From Candidatus Latescibacterota bacterium (GTDB taxonomy: Bacteria > Latescibacterota > UBA2968), in NCBI GenBank assembly GCA_965204375.1, contig OZ241986.1:4160001-4224000 (forward strand): 64,000 nucleotides of DNA. Reading direction: 5' to 3'. Below the pieces are notes generated by a model, which was given only the letters and a program-made list of their open reading frames with translations, was not told where the DNA came from and ran no database searches. Numbering within the stretch: position 1 is the first letter of the stretch; every line of letters starts with the position of its first letter. Made by a program: the position numbers and the translations under genes. Shown here piece after piece: positions 1 through 11,509 of this stretch.

Positions 1-82
1 GAATCCGACGGCGCACCGGCTCGCGTCATCGCAATTCAATAACCACAGGAGTTATCAGTATAGGGGCGAAACATGTTTAGCC

Positions 83-128
83 CTTCACACTTCACACTTC
101 ACACTTCACACTTCACACTTCACACTTC
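83..128. repeat. (CTTCACA)~6.5 heptamer tandem repeat directly upstream of the ATG at 131
   Basis: Tandem CTTCACA units read directly; preceded by a degenerate REP-like GTATAGGGGCGAAA...TTTAGCCC. Confidence 0.95.
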
Positions 129-130
129 CC

Positions 131-1495
131 ATGATCTACCACCAACTCTTCGCCCAAATTGACCGCACCGTACGCGTTGGCGTCATCGGCACCGGACACT
201 ACGCCACAGCCCTCGTCACACAATCGCGCGTCGTCGATCAACTCCACGTCCCCGTCGTCTGCGACACAAACCCGGACGCAGCCCAAAATGCATATCATCA
301 CGCCGGCCTGGACACCGACAAAATCATCTTATGCGACACCACCCAACAGGCTGCCGAAGCCATAGAACAGGGCAAACACGTCATCCTCACCGACGCCATG
401 CAAATGATGGACCTGCCCCTCGACGTCATCGTAGAATCCACAGGCGTCCCGAGTGCAGGCGCGAAACACGGCATAGAAGCCATCCGACACGGCAAACACG
501 TCGCCATGGTATCCAAAGAAACCGACGTCACCGTCGGACCCATCCTCAAACACCACGCAGACAAAGCCGGACTCGTCTATACCGCTGTTGACGGCGACCA
601 GCACGGCCTGCTCATGGGCCTCGTACAATGGGCGCGCGGCCTGGGCCTCGAAGTACTCTGCGGAGGCAAATCACTGGACTCCGACCGCGTTTACGACCCG
701 CAAACCAACGCCATCGTCTGGTCCAAAGGCAAAATCCAGATCCCCGACGAACAGATATTCTCCGCCCAAAATCCCTCGGCACATATCGCACAACGCCGCC
801 AGATCATGGGCGAACTCGGCGCCATCGCCGGTTACGACGTCACCGAACTCACCATCGCCGCCAATGCCACCGGTCTCATCCCCGATACAGACACCCTGCA
901 CACCCCCGTAGTCCGCACCGTTGAAATACCCGAAGTCCTCGCACCCAAAGAAGACGGCGGCATCTTATCCCACCGCGGCGTCATCGACTGTGTCTCCTGC
1001 CTGCGCCAGGCAAACGAACCCGGCCTCGGCGGCGGCGTCTTCATCGTCGTCGCCTGTGAAAACGCCTACTCCCGCCACATCCTCACCACCAAAGGACTCA
1101 TCCCCAACAAAAAAGGCACCACAGCCCTCATCTACCGCCCCTACCACCTCTGCGGCGTCGAAACACCCATCACAACACTCGTCGCCGGCCTCTTAAACCT
1201 GCCCACGGGCACCACCGACTACCGCCCGTCCTTCGACGTTGTGGGCCGCGCAAAAGAACCCCTCAAAGCCGGCGACCGGATCGGCAACGACCACAGCAAA
1301 AACATCGAATACCTCATGCGCCCCGCGCTACCAGTCGCGCCCCACAACCCCCTCCCCTTTCACATGGCCAACGGCAATACGCTAAGTCAGGATGTCCCGG
1401 CTGGCGCATTCATCACTGCCAGCGCGATACAACCAGAAAACAACGACCCCCTCTGGACCCTTCGCAAAGAACAGGACGAGTATTTTATAAACTGA
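131..1495 (+). CDS. NAD(P)-dependent oxidoreductase, homoserine dehydrogenase-like, with C-terminal SAF domain
   Basis: Rossmann motif VRVGVIGTG; motifs GKHVAMVSKETDVTVGPIL, GDQHG, ANATGL, YRPYHLCGVE; SAF-like tail. Confidence 0.8.
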   Translation: MIYHQLFAQIDRTVRVGVIGTGHYATALVTQSRVVDQLHVPVVCDTNPDAAQNAYHHAGLDTDKIILCDTTQQAAEAIEQGKHVILTDAMQMMDLPLDVIVESTGVPSAGAKHGIEAIRHGKHVAMVSKETDVTVGPILKHHADKAGLVYTAVDGDQHGLLMGLVQWARGLGLEVLCGGKSLDSDRVYDPQTNAIVWSKGKIQIPDEQIFSAQNPSAHIAQRRQIMGELGAIAGYDVTELTIAANATGLIPDTDTLHTPVVRTVEIPEVLAPKEDGGILSHRGVIDCVSCLRQANEPGLGGGVFIVVACENAYSRHILTTKGLIPNKKGTTALIYRPYHLCGVETPITTLVAGLLNLPTGTTDYRPSFDVVGRAKEPLKAGDRIGNDHSKNIEYLMRPALPVAPHNPLPFHMANGNTLSQDVPAGAFITASAIQPENNDPLWTLRKEQDEYFIN

Positions 1496-1517
1496 TGTTA
1501 CGCATGTTTCGCGTGTC

Positions 1518-1614
1518 TGTCATGCTGAGCGGAGTGAAACGGAGTCGAAGCATCTTTTCCACCCGTGTTGGTAGGAGATTCTTCGCCTCCACTGCGTTAC
1601 GGCTCAGAATGACA
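1518..1614. repeat. Palindromic REP-like element TGTCATGCTGAGC...GCTCAGAATGACA
   Basis: Terminal inverted repeats with internal CGAAGCATCT/AGATTCTTCG arms. Confidence 0.75.
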
Positions 1615-1664
1615 GGCGCATTATGCATTATATTGTGCCCGTGCGTAACGTCAGTTATAAAATA

Positions 1665-1699
1665 AAAAAACGAGTACATCTTTGTAATGCACTCGTTTT
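1665..1699. terminator. Putative bidirectional intrinsic terminator between convergent genes
   Basis: AAAACGAGTACAT...ATGCACTCGTTTT hairpin with A/T tails. Confidence 0.55.
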
Positions 1700-1722
1700 C
1701 CTGCTAACATTATCCGATCTAT

Positions 1723-2310
1723 TCACCAAACTTCATCCAGACCCAGTTCAAATCCCCGCAAGACAGGATCGCCAGAAATGCGCGAAGGCCTCTCCAATTC
1801 TTCTATGGGCAAGCCAGAGCGATACACATAAACGCGCTGTGCATAAGGATCTATCAACCATCCCAAACCCAGGCCATTATCGAGATACTCCTGCATCTTT
1901 TCCTGCAACGGGGCCAACTGATCGCTTTCCGACCGCAACTCAATGACAAAATCGGGACACAATGGAACAAACCTGCGTCGGTCTTCTGAAGACAATGCCA
2001 TCAGCCGCGTATGTTCAATCCACGCGGCATCGGGTGACCGAACCGCCCCATTGGGCAACCGAAACCCACCTGAAGAATCAAAACTCGCACCCGTACCATC
2101 CCCTTTTGCCCAAAACCGCAACTGCATAGTAATCTCTGCATTGCGCTCGCTCGTCTCACCGCCTGCTGGCGGCATAATAATTACATCTCCCTGCGCATTG
2201 CGCTCAATGCAAACATCGCGATTGAGCCGACAAAACGCATAAAACTCCTCATCGCTCACCTCAATCACCGGCTGAAAATGCAAGACAGTTTCCATCTCCG
2301 CGATCTCCAT
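1723..2310 (-). CDS. Uma2 family (DUF820) putative restriction-like endonuclease
   Basis: Motifs FDSSGGFRLPNGAVRSPDAAW, PLCPDFVIELRS, KMQEYLDNGLGLGWLIDP. Confidence 0.92.
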   Translation of the reverse strand: MEIAEMETVLHFQPVIEVSDEEFYAFCRLNRDVCIERNAQGDVIIMPPAGGETSERNAEITMQLRFWAKGDGTGASFDSSGGFRLPNGAVRSPDAAWIEHTRLMALSSEDRRRFVPLCPDFVIELRSESDQLAPLQEKMQEYLDNGLGLGWLIDPYAQRVYVYRSGLPIEELERPSRISGDPVLRGFELGLDEVW

Positions 2311-4991
2311 TATTGTCCCTTCAAAAAACCCCGCAACACCGTATGCAAAATCCCCCCATTGCGATAATAATCGATCTCCACTGGCGTATCGATACGCACC
2401 GTCGCAGAAAACGACCGTACATTCCCATCCTCATCCGTCGCCGTCACCGTCACATCTTGCAAAGGCTGCAAATCATCGCCCAGCCCGGTAATATCGTACA
2501 CCTCCCGCCCCGTAAGCCCCAGCGACTCGGCATTCTCACCCGCCACAAACTCCAGCGGCAACACCCCCATACCCACCAGATTGCTGCGGTGAATGCGTTC
2601 AAAACTCTCCACAAGCACCGCGCGCACGCCCAAAAGTAACGGACCCTTAGCCGCCCAATCGCGCGACGACCCCGAACCGTACTCCGCGCCCGCAATCACA
2701 ATCGACGGCACACCCTCATCCACATATTGCATCGCCGCATCGTAAATACTCATCTGCTCACCCGAAGGTAAGTACACCGTCACGCCGCCCTCTGTACCTG
2801 GCGCCAGCGAATTGCGAATGCGAATATTGGCAAACGTACCCCGCATCATCACCTCGTGATTGCCCCGCCGCGAACCATAAGAATTGAAATCCTTTGGCTC
2901 AACCCCTCGAGCAATCAAAAACTGCCCCGCCGGGCTATCCACTGCAATCGAACCCGCCGGAGAAATGTGATCCGTCGTCACCGAATCGCCCAACCGCGCC
3001 AGCACCCGCGCACCCGTAATATCTGTAATCGCGTCTAACTCCGGCGACAAATCCACAAAAAACGGCGGCTCCTGCACATAAGTACTCTCCGCCTGCCACC
3101 CATAGAGATCCCCCGCTTGCCCGCCAACCGCATTCCACATCTCATTGCCCTCAAACACATTGCCATAACGCGCCTCAAACATATCCGGCCTGACCGCCCG
3201 CGCAATCGTATCGCCAATCTCATCCTGACTGGGCCAGACATCCCGCAAAAACACCGCATTGCCATCCCCATCCAGCCCCAGCGGCTCCGCAGTCAAATCC
3301 AAATCCACCCGACCCGCCAGCGCATAAGCCACAACCAGCGGTGGCGACGCCAGATAATTCGCCTTCACATGCGGATGCACGCGACCTTCAAAATTGCGAT
3401 TGCCACTCAACACCGACGCAGCGACCAGATCCTCCTCGTGAATCGCGGCAACCACCGGATCGGGCAACGGCCCACTATTGCCAATACACGTCGTACAGCC
3501 ATAACCCACCGTGTAAAAACCCAACTGCTCCAAATACGGCGTCAAACCCGCCTGATCGAGATAATCCGACACCACGCGCGAACCCGGCGCCAGACTCGTC
3601 TTCACATGCGCGTGAACCTTCAACCCCTTTTCCACCGCCCTCTTCGCCAACAAACCAGCGGCCACCATCACAGACGGATTGCTCGTATTGGTACAACTCG
3701 TAATCGCCGCAATCACCACCGCCCCGTGACCCAGCTTGCCATTCGTCCTCTTTTGAGCATCATCATCATCCAGCCCAAAACCACTATTGCCCACCGGTGC
3801 GCGCAACGCGCCTTCAAACGCACCCTTCATCTGCCCCAGCGCAATGCGATCCTGCGGGCGCTTTGGACCGGCCAAGCTCGGCTCCACCGTACTCAAATCC
3901 AGCTCCAGCGTATCCGTAAACCGCGGCTCTGGCGTATCATCTGTACGGAACAAACCCTGCTCCTTCGCGTACCGCTCAACCACATCCACCTCTTCCGCCG
4001 TGCGCCCCGTACGCGCCAAATAGCGCAACGTCTCATCATCCACCGGGAAAAACCCCATCGTCGCCCCGTATTCCGGCGCCATATTGGCAATCGTCGCGCG
4101 ATCCGCCAGCCCAATACCCGTCAACCCCGTGCCGTAAAACTCGACAAACTTATCCACCACGCCCTTCTCGCGCAACATCTGAACCACCGTCAACGTCAAA
4201 TCCGTCGCCGTCGTACCCTCGGGCAACTGCCCATCCAACTTGAACCCGACAACCTCGGGCGTCAGCATATAAATCGGCTGCCCCAGCATCACCGCCTCTG
4301 CCTCAATACCCCCCACACCCCAGCCCACCACACCCAGCCCATTAATCATCGTCGTATGAGAATCTGCCCCCACCAGACTATCGGGAAAAGCCACGCCATC
4401 CCGGGCAATAACCCCCTTTGCCAGATATTCGAGATTGACCTGATGCACAATACCCGTCAGCGGCGGCACCACCCTGAAACTCTCAAACGCATTCGCACCC
4501 CAGCGCAAAAACTCATACCGCTCCCGATTGCGCTCAAACTCGATCTCTGCATTTCTCCGCAACGCATCCGAATTTGCAAAACTATCCACCTGCACCGAAT
4601 GATCCACAACCAGATCCACTGGAATCAACGGCTCAACCCGACTTACATCGCCCCCCATGCGCCCCATAGCCGAACGCAACGCCGCCAAATCCACCAGCGA
4701 AGGCACACCCGTAAAATCCTGCAACACCACCCGCGCGGGCTTAAACGGTATCTCTATGGGATTGGGATTGGTCCAATTCGCCAGCGTCTCCACATCTTCC
4801 TCCCGCACCTGATACCCATCCAGATTTCGCAGTGCCGCCTCGAGCAGCACCCGCACGGAAAACGGCAACTCCGACACCGACCCAACCCCATCAACCTCCA
4901 ACCGATCCAGCCGAAAAATAGCGAGATCACCCGCCATAGTAGAAAGTGTATCGCGTGAATTCAAAGGATTATGCGTTTGATTCATAAACAA
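2310..4991 (-). CDS. acnA: Aconitate hydratase A
   Basis: Motifs [66 protein letters not shown]. Confidence 0.98.
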   Translation of the reverse strand: MFMNQTHNPLNSRDTLSTMAGDLAIFRLDRLEVDGVGSVSELPFSVRVLLEAALRNLDGYQVREEDVETLANWTNPNPIEIPFKPARVVLQDFTGVPSLVDLAALRSAMGRMGGDVSRVEPLIPVDLVVDHSVQVDSFANSDALRRNAEIEFERNRERYEFLRWGANAFESFRVVPPLTGIVHQVNLEYLAKGVIARDGVAFPDSLVGADSHTTMINGLGVVGWGVGGIEAEAVMLGQPIYMLTPEVVGFKLDGQLPEGTTATDLTLTVVQMLREKGVVDKFVEFYGTGLTGIGLADRATIANMAPEYGATMGFFPVDDETLRYLARTGRTAEEVDVVERYAKEQGLFRTDDTPEPRFTDTLELDLSTVEPSLAGPKRPQDRIALGQMKGAFEGALRAPVGNSGFGLDDDDAQKRTNGKLGHGAVVIAAITSCTNTSNPSVMVAAGLLAKRAVEKGLKVHAHVKTSLAPGSRVVSDYLDQAGLTPYLEQLGFYTVGYGCTTCIGNSGPLPDPVVAAIHEEDLVAASVLSGNRNFEGRVHPHVKANYLASPPLVVAYALAGRVDLDLTAEPLGLDGDGNAVFLRDVWPSQDEIGDTIARAVRPDMFEARYGNVFEGNEMWNAVGGQAGDLYGWQAESTYVQEPPFFVDLSPELDAITDITGARVLARLGDSVTTDHISPAGSIAVDSPAGQFLIARGVEPKDFNSYGSRRGNHEVMMRGTFANIRIRNSLAPGTEGGVTVYLPSGEQMSIYDAAMQYVDEGVPSIVIAGAEYGSGSSRDWAAKGPLLLGVRAVLVESFERIHRSNLVGMGVLPLEFVAGENAESLGLTGREVYDITGLGDDLQPLQDVTVTATDEDGNVRSFSATVRIDTPVEIDYYRNGGILHTVLRGFLKGQ

Positions 4992-5087
4992 GTCCTTCTC
5001 TAAAAAGTTTTAAGCTACTTTGGTCATGACACTTTCTTACCAAAGTTATTGGCTGGGAAAGTGAGACTTTTCATCGGTTTGCACGCC

Positions 5088-6649
5088 TCAGGCAAGGGCT
5101 GTCTCGAATCCCACCAGATTGCGGGTCTCCCGGCTGAACTCTACCGCAATCAGATGAATCGGCTCGCCGCGGTCGCGGTATTTGTCCGCATAGCCTTTCT
5201 GTCTCAATTGCGCCATCGCGGCCCCCTCCGGTGCTAATTCCACCACTTTGAACTCGAACAGATACACACTGCCGTTGAAATGAACCGCCATGTCCAGACG
5301 ACCATGGCTGCTGCTGTCCTCCACAACGATGTCGAATCCCACCGATGCGAAATAGGAGTAGAATACGCTGGCGTAGTAGCCTTCATAGTCCGCGATGTTG
5401 TTATTCGTGTGCCACTGGTAAGGAATGCTGGCGAAGAATGCCTTGAACAGGCTCTCCAGACTCGCAAAGTCATTGACCAGCAATAGATCGTAGAGCCGGG
5501 CACGGTGCTCAGCGCGCTGCGAAGGATCGCCAGTCAGGTGGTTTAGAAGGCTTCTATTCAGACTTTGGCGCACCTCCTGATTCGGATAGGACAGCCGATA
5601 GTACATCTCCCCACCACGCGGTTCGGTATGGTGGATGGTCAAATATCCAGTCTGGAATAACAGTGCCTCAGTGGCGATATGGTCAACATCAAAGGCCGAT
5701 AGCAAATCGTCGCTACCCAGCATGTTATCCAGGGTCAGCGCACCGACCCCGCGCGATAGTAGCGTCTCGATCAGGAACGTCGGCGTACCTGTCTCGAACC
5801 ACCACGCGCCGAACTCGCGACTGTCGAAAAGCAGGAGGATGTCAAACGGGTTATAGACCCTCTCCTCTCCTCGCCGCGCCAGCTATAGCCATTGTACCAG
5901 CGGCGTATCTCATCCCTGTCCAGACCGGATAGTTCCGGTGCGAACACCGTATCCAGATCCACATCGGTATAGCCACATATAGATGAATAGCGTGGATCCA
6001 GCGTGATATCCTTGAGATTGTTGAGACCAGAGAACAGGCTGACCTTGGAAAACTTGCTGACACCAGTGAGGAACGTGAACTTGATGTACGCGTCATTAGA
6101 CTTGATCGTCGAATACAGACCCCGCAGAAAGTCGCGATTGGCGCATGCGACCTCGGGTACATCAAGAGCGTCCAGAATCGGCTTGTCGTATTCATCAACA
6201 AGTACCGCCACTGGCTGCCCGCTCCGCTCGCCCAATGCCTCAATCAGATAGGCGAAACGCCCCGGTGCTGTCACGGCCTCTGCAACCACTCCAGAGCGGC
6301 TTTCAATGGCGGTCAATTGCTCCATCACATTTGCCTGCAAGTAACCAGGCTCTTTGAAGTTGCCGCTACCAAAATCGAGCCGCACGACGGGATGGCGAAC
6401 TGACCAGTCCCAGCGATCATGGATATAAAGCCCCTCAAACAGCGGCTCATTACCCTCAAACAGTTCCTTCAATGTGTCCAGAAACAGGCTCTTGCCAAAT
6501 CGACGCGGGCGCGACAAAAAGTAGTGCTTGCCCTCGTCCATCATCCGCCGAATGTAGGTCGTCTTATCGACGTAGCAGTAGTTTTGCTCCCGAATCTCGC
6601 GAAAGGTCTGAATACCGATAGGCAACTTGCGTCTGTCCGATATGCCCAT
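5088..6649 (-). pseudogene. AAA-ATPase-like + PD-(D/E)XK nuclease (DUF1703-type) gene split by a frameshift
   Basis: N-part has LPIGIQTF, LSRPRRFGKS, LVDEYDKP; C-part has LLFQTGYLTI, GRLDM, FEFK; a 5-bp AGAGG duplication at ~5859-5872 breaks the E-E-R-V-Y-N-P-F motif. Confidence 0.85.
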
Positions 6650-6828
6650 CTCTCATCTCCAGAGTGTGATGTCGGCACCAATCCAACGAAAATTTTGGTT
6701 TGTCCCTAAACCAGACAGCATGGCCCGCATCGAAGAAAATACCATAACAACCCATCTTTTCAAACCCTTTTTGCACGCTTCGTACTTGATCGAATCGGAA
6801 AGAATATATATTTTCTCTCGATTATCCA

Positions 6829-6952
6829 AGGCGAAAGATTTTTCGCCCCTACAATCGGGCAACCACGAGGGTTGCCCCTACGGTTGCTTCACCCTTCACG
6901 GCCCCTCTTCTTTATCTGCGTTCATCTGCGTTCATCTGCGGATCACACTTCC
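6829..6952. repeat. Composite repeat: REP doublet plus ATCTGCG(T)TC module
   Basis: GGCGAAAGATTTTTCGCCCCTAC-AATC-GGGCAACCACGAGGGTTGCCCCTAC also occurs at ~38785; the following 63-nt module is nearly identical to 32810-32872. Confidence 0.85.
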
Positions 6953-8518
6953 ATGACCGACCAACGCTTTGTCGCACTCATCATCCTTGACGGTTGGGGA
7001 TTAAACCCGCGCCGGGACCACAACGCCGTGGCCCTTGCCAGCACCCCGACAATGGACCGCATCTGGGCCAACTACGCCCACACCACCCTCAACACCTCCG
7101 GACGCGCAGTCGGCCTACCCGACGGACTCATGGGCAACTCCGAAGTCGGCCATCTCAACCTGGGCGCTGGGCGCACCGTCATGCAAGCCATGACCCAGAT
7201 CGACGACCGCATACGAGACGGCAGCCTGTACAAAAACGAAGCCTTAATCGCCGCCATAGACCGCATCAAAAACCACAACCGCAACCTCCACCTCATCGGC
7301 CTCGTCTCTGACGGCGGCGTACACTCATGGCCCGGGCACTACGAGGGCCTCATCAAAATGGCAGCCGAACGCGGCCTCCCCTCAGACCGCCTCTTCATCC
7401 ACGCCTTCACAGACGGACGCGACACACCGCCCCAAAGCGCAATCCACCGCATGCGCGAACTCCTCGCCATATTCAAAACCCACGGCATTGGCCGCGTCGC
7501 ATCCATATCCGGGCGGTATTACGCCATGGACCGCGACCACCGCTGGGAACGCACCCAAATAGCCTACGACCTCCTCACACAGGGCAAAGGCATCGCAGAA
7601 ACCGACCCCATCACAGCCATACAAAACGCCTACAACCGCGGCGAAACCGACGAATTCATCAAACCCATCGCCATCGCCGACAGCACAGGCAAAACCACCA
7701 TAAAAGACGGAGACAGCGTCATCTTCTTCAACTTCCGCGGCGACAGACCCCGGCAAATCACCCGCGCCTTTGCACTCAAAAACTTCGACGGCTTTCAACG
7801 CCACACCTGGCCCAACGTACACTTCACCACCCTCACCCGATACGAAGCCGACGTACCCGTCACGGGCATCGCCTATCCCCCCGACACCCTCTCGCAAAAC
7901 ATGCCCAACATCTGTGGATCGGTCATCGCCCGGGCCAACAAACGACAACTACGCATCGCAGAAACAGAAAAATACGCCCACGTCACCTTCTTCTTTAACG
8001 GCCAACAAGAAACGCCCTTTGACGGGGAAGAACGCATCCTCGTACCATCCCCCAAAGACGTCCCCACCTACGACCACAAACCCGAAATGAGCGCACCTGA
8101 AATCGCAGACCGATTTACAGAAGCCATCGCAACCAACCAATACGACGCTGCAATATGCAACTTCGCCAACCCCGACATGGTGGGCCACACCGGCATCCTC
8201 GAAGCTGCCATACACGCCGTCACCACCGTTGACACCTGCCTGGGCCGCGTCCTCAAAGCCATAGAAAAAGCAAACGGCGCAGCCATCGTCACCGCCGACC
8301 ACGGCAACGCCGAACAAATGATCCACTACGACACTGGCGAACCCCACACCGCACACACCACCAACCCCGTACCCTTTGTACTCGTTGACCCCACCTACAG
8401 GGGAAAACTCCGCGCTGGCGGCACCTTGCGCGACGTCGCCCCCACCCTGCTCTCCCTGCTCAACCTGCCAAAACCCGATGAAATGACTGGGGAAGATCTG
8501 AGACGAATAGACGAATAG
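6953..8518 (+). CDS. gpmI: 2,3-bisphosphoglycerate-independent phosphoglycerate mutase
   Basis: Motifs IILDGWG, GNSEVGH, DGRDT, GRYYAMDRD, ETEKYAHVTFF, NPDMVGHTG, TADHGNAE; start placed at ATG 6953. Confidence 0.97.
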   Translation: MTDQRFVALIILDGWGLNPRRDHNAVALASTPTMDRIWANYAHTTLNTSGRAVGLPDGLMGNSEVGHLNLGAGRTVMQAMTQIDDRIRDGSLYKNEALIAAIDRIKNHNRNLHLIGLVSDGGVHSWPGHYEGLIKMAAERGLPSDRLFIHAFTDGRDTPPQSAIHRMRELLAIFKTHGIGRVASISGRYYAMDRDHRWERTQIAYDLLTQGKGIAETDPITAIQNAYNRGETDEFIKPIAIADSTGKTTIKDGDSVIFFNFRGDRPRQITRAFALKNFDGFQRHTWPNVHFTTLTRYEADVPVTGIAYPPDTLSQNMPNICGSVIARANKRQLRIAETEKYAHVTFFFNGQQETPFDGEERILVPSPKDVPTYDHKPEMSAPEIADRFTEAIATNQYDAAICNFANPDMVGHTGILEAAIHAVTTVDTCLGRVLKAIEKANGAAIVTADHGNAEQMIHYDTGEPHTAHTTNPVPFVLVDPTYRGKLRAGGTLRDVAPTLLSLLNLPKPDEMTGEDLRRIDE

Positions 8519-8622
8519 ACGAATAGACGGGCGGGTTAAACTGGCCTGAGAAACGGCCAGTTGTACATCGCTCGAAACCCGCCTCTACGTTTGATTTTTC
8601 ATCTGCGTTCATCTGCGGATCA
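8501..8622. repeat. (AGACGAAT)3 + interrupted REP + ATCTGCG module between convergent genes
   Basis: The 8-mer supplies the gpmI stop; GGCGGGTT...AACCCGCCTCTAC encloses an inner CTGGCC/GGCCAG hairpin; ATCTGCGTTCATCTGCGGATCA overlaps the sulfatase stop. Confidence 0.8.
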
Positions 8623-10038
8623 CCCTTCCCACACCGGAATCGTCCCCGCAGTTGGGCCATCTTTCACCAGAAGCCGTTCGCCATCTGTAAAGCCCTCGGG
8701 GCGACCGACCAATTCTCCAATCAGACGGGACCGCCACATAGCCACCTCGTCCGCCCATCCGGGATCATCGGCGAGATTGGTCATCTCGCACGGATCATTT
8801 TCCACATCGAAAAACAACTCCCGCCCCTGCCCGGGTAAATACGCGAACTTGCGCTTGCCATCCGTCACGTACTGCATCCCGCTATTCGACGTAGGTACAC
8901 TCGCGCACTCGCCGTGCACATAATCGCGCCATTCCGCTTGTGAATCGCGAATAATCGGCAACACACTCTCCCCATCCACCGTATCGGGAATCGGAACCCC
9001 CACCGCATCGAGCAACGTCGGCATAATATCCATCAACTCAACCGGACGATCGATCACCTGCTCCTGCGGCAACCCCAAACCACCGGGAAACTTCATCAAC
9101 AGCGGAACCCGCGCAGACGGCTCAAAAGGATTGCGCTTTCGCAGCCACTGATGATCCCCCAGCATCTCCCCGTGATCAGACGCAAACACCACAATCGTAT
9201 TACTCGGCAACACGCGATTGCTAACCAGACGCGCAATCTGGTGATCGATATGCTCGACACACCCGTAATAACCCGCGCGCGTCGCCTTCATCACCGGAGG
9301 ATCCAGACACAAGCGCCAGCACTCCGGCTGCAACCCCCGCACGGGACCGTCAAAAACCCGCGCCCAATCCCCCACATACGGCTCGGGCAAATCCATCGCC
9401 ATATACTTATCGAAATAATGTGCAGGTGGCGTAACCGGCTGGTGCGGATGAATAAAATTAACCGCCAGAAACCACGGCTGATCTCCCCTTTGCGCATCGA
9501 TAAACTCCAGCCCCTTTTGCGTACACCAATTGGTAAAATGCAAATGCTCATCCAAATGCCATGGACGCCCTGGAAAACCATTGCTATACATCCCATGCGC
9601 ATCGGAAGCCCGGTGCCACGCCGCACCATTCTCGCGCACATACTTCTGATAATCATTATCAACCCCGGAAATCGGACTATCCGCCCATTCTGCGGAATCA
9701 AACCCCAACTCCCTCGCAGGCGGACCCCAGTGGGCCTTGCCCGAAAGATGGGTGCGATACCCCGCATCGCGCAACACCCCGGGCAACGTCGGCCACGGCA
9801 GCGGTGCGGATGCATTTTGAAGCGCACCGTGATTGCTCGGCTTGCGCCCCGTAATCACCGTACGGCGAGCCGGCACACACACCGGACAAGCCGAATAAGC
9901 GTGGCGAAAACGCACCCCCGACGCAGCCATAAAGTCCAGATTGGGCGTCTGCAACACGGGATGGCCCTCAATACCCAGGCAATCGCCGCGCTGCTGATCC
10001 GTCATAATAAGTAAAATATTGGGTCTGTTATCTGGCAT
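8620..10038 (-). CDS. Sulfatase (formylglycine-dependent, arylsulfatase/choline-sulfatase-like)
   Basis: RPNILLIMTDQQR, CVPAR (CxPxR), GKAH, SDHGEMLGDH; AGGAG RBS. Confidence 0.93.
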   Translation of the reverse strand: MPDNRPNILLIMTDQQRGDCLGIEGHPVLQTPNLDFMAASGVRFRHAYSACPVCVPARRTVITGRKPSNHGALQNASAPLPWPTLPGVLRDAGYRTHLSGKAHWGPPARELGFDSAEWADSPISGVDNDYQKYVRENGAAWHRASDAHGMYSNGFPGRPWHLDEHLHFTNWCTQKGLEFIDAQRGDQPWFLAVNFIHPHQPVTPPAHYFDKYMAMDLPEPYVGDWARVFDGPVRGLQPECWRLCLDPPVMKATRAGYYGCVEHIDHQIARLVSNRVLPSNTIVVFASDHGEMLGDHQWLRKRNPFEPSARVPLLMKFPGGLGLPQEQVIDRPVELMDIMPTLLDAVGVPIPDTVDGESVLPIIRDSQAEWRDYVHGECASVPTSNSGMQYVTDGKRKFAYLPGQGRELFFDVENDPCEMTNLADDPGWADEVAMWRSRLIGELVGRPEGFTDGERLLVKDGPTAGTIPVWEG

Positions 10039-10050
10039 TACAATCTCCTT

Positions 10051-10194
10051 TCTGAATCAGGATTTACAGGATTTAAGGATGAACAGGATAACATCAAAAG
10101 CAAAAGCAAAGGCGAAGATGACAAACAAAAACCTTCTGGATCGCGGCTCAAAAACATGCCGCGATGACGGGCGGGCACGGGGGCCCGCCCTTAC
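10051..10194. repeat. Composite repeat cassette: TCTGAATCAGGATT module + CTGGATCGCGGC..GCCGCGATGAC + REP
   Basis: Same module order at 23314 and 36302. Confidence 0.88.
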
Positions 10195-10215
10195 ATATTG
10201 GATACGTCTCTGTTA

Positions 10216-10920
10216 TTACTTACCCCCTGTAAAATGATGCATACAAATCGCGGCGGCGGCAGACACATTGAGAGATCCGATAGCACCGCGAGGGGCAATG
10301 CGGCATATTTCATCGCACTTATCGCGCGTAAGGCGTCGCATGCCGCTCTCCTCATTCCCCAGCACGAGAAGCCAGGAACGATCTGCAGAAAACGCGCTCA
10401 AATCCTTCTCCGCATGCTCAGAAGTCCCCAAAACCCACAAACCCACATCCTTCGCCACATCCAACGCCCGGCTCAAATTGGTCTGAACGGAAAACGGAAC
10501 ATACTCGACACCCCCCGAAGCAACATCGTACGCCGCGCCCGTCAGCGAAGCGGAACGATCTCGGGTAAGCAAAACACCGCGCACCCCAAAAAAAGCCGCC
10601 GTGCGAAAAATCGCACCCAGATTTTGCGGATCCTGAACCGTATCCAGCGCCAAAAAAAGCCCCGCATTATCGGCAAACAACGCCGCGAGATCACAACCCG
10701 GATGTTCTTTAACCGCTGCTTCCGCATCTCCCCCACGAGATCGACCGTGTCCCTCTCCCCTCCCGGCAAACACGCGCACACCAATATCCTCTGCCCGCTC
10801 CCGCACCGCTCTCCACGTACCACTACCCTCCCCAGAAGACAATCGAATCTCAATCACATCTTGTGGACGCTTTTCTATCACCGCCAGAATACTGTGCGGA
10901 TTTTTGAGGTAAATCGGCAT
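10216..10920 (-). CDS. rlmB: TrmH/SpoU family RNA 2'-O-methyltransferase (RlmB-like)
   Basis: Motifs LDTVQDPQNLGAIFRTA, LVLGNEESGMR, SLNVSAAAAI; start placed at MPIYLK. Confidence 0.85.
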   Translation of the reverse strand: MPIYLKNPHSILAVIEKRPQDVIEIRLSSGEGSGTWRAVRERAEDIGVRVFAGRGEGHGRSRGGDAEAAVKEHPGCDLAALFADNAGLFLALDTVQDPQNLGAIFRTAAFFGVRGVLLTRDRSASLTGAAYDVASGGVEYVPFSVQTNLSRALDVAKDVGLWVLGTSEHAEKDLSAFSADRSWLLVLGNEESGMRRLTRDKCDEICRIAPRGAIGSLNVSAAAAICMHHFTGGK

Positions 10921-10927
10921 ATTGTCT

Positions 10928-11413
10928 CTATTTGCTCTCAAATTTATCGACTCGCGGCACGCGCTTCTCCAACTCAATCTGTGACGTAACTGGCTCTGTT
11001 CCAGCCCCGTACAAATAAACCAGATTTCCACCCGTATATCCCGCCGCGCACACCAGACCCGCGGTAACAAGACCAAAAACGAGATACACATAGCGAACAA
11101 TCCCGACAAACTTCTTCTTCAAAACAAAATGCGTGCGCACCAGCGCCAGCGCAACAGCGAGGAACGCAGTGACCGTCCCGAGCGTATCATGGTCGTCCAG
11201 ATCCGCCGCAATACCATCGATATGTTGCGCAACCTCGGCGGCACTATCCCCGGTAAGCGCGACCGGAATCGCGGTCAAAGCACCGAGCGAAAAGAGCAAA
11301 AACCCCGCTCTCAAAAAAAAATCGCGGTCATTTAATATCCCAATCGCATCGCAAACAACGCCGATGATCAGCAATACAATGGGAAAATGTGCGATAAGAG
11401 GGTGGATATCCAT
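10928..11413 (-). CDS. DUF2231-like membrane protein
   Basis: HPLIAHFPI start, four hydrophobic helices, GYTGGNLVYLYGAG end. Confidence 0.8.
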   Translation of the reverse strand: MDIHPLIAHFPIVLLIIGVVCDAIGILNDRDFFLRAGFLLFSLGALTAIPVALTGDSAAEVAQHIDGIAADLDDHDTLGTVTAFLAVALALVRTHFVLKKKFVGIVRYVYLVFGLVTAGLVCAAGYTGGNLVYLYGAGTEPVTSQIELEKRVPRVDKFESK

Positions 11414-11509
11414 AACAAAGTAAAAAAAATATTTCAATCCCGCGAAAAATCCATTACAATGGGCGGATTAAGATATAAACAAACAAGACCTACCACAAGG
11501 AAGGATTGC

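Noticed and set aside
1-42. 3' end of an upstream CDS (ESDGAPARVIAIQ*)
   Set aside because: Too short at the window edge to assign.
3117-4958. 613-aa + strand ORF, and similar long antisense ORFs (9151, 28959, 31642, 35371, 61478)
   Set aside because: Shadows of well-supported - strand genes, favoured by the biased codon usage.
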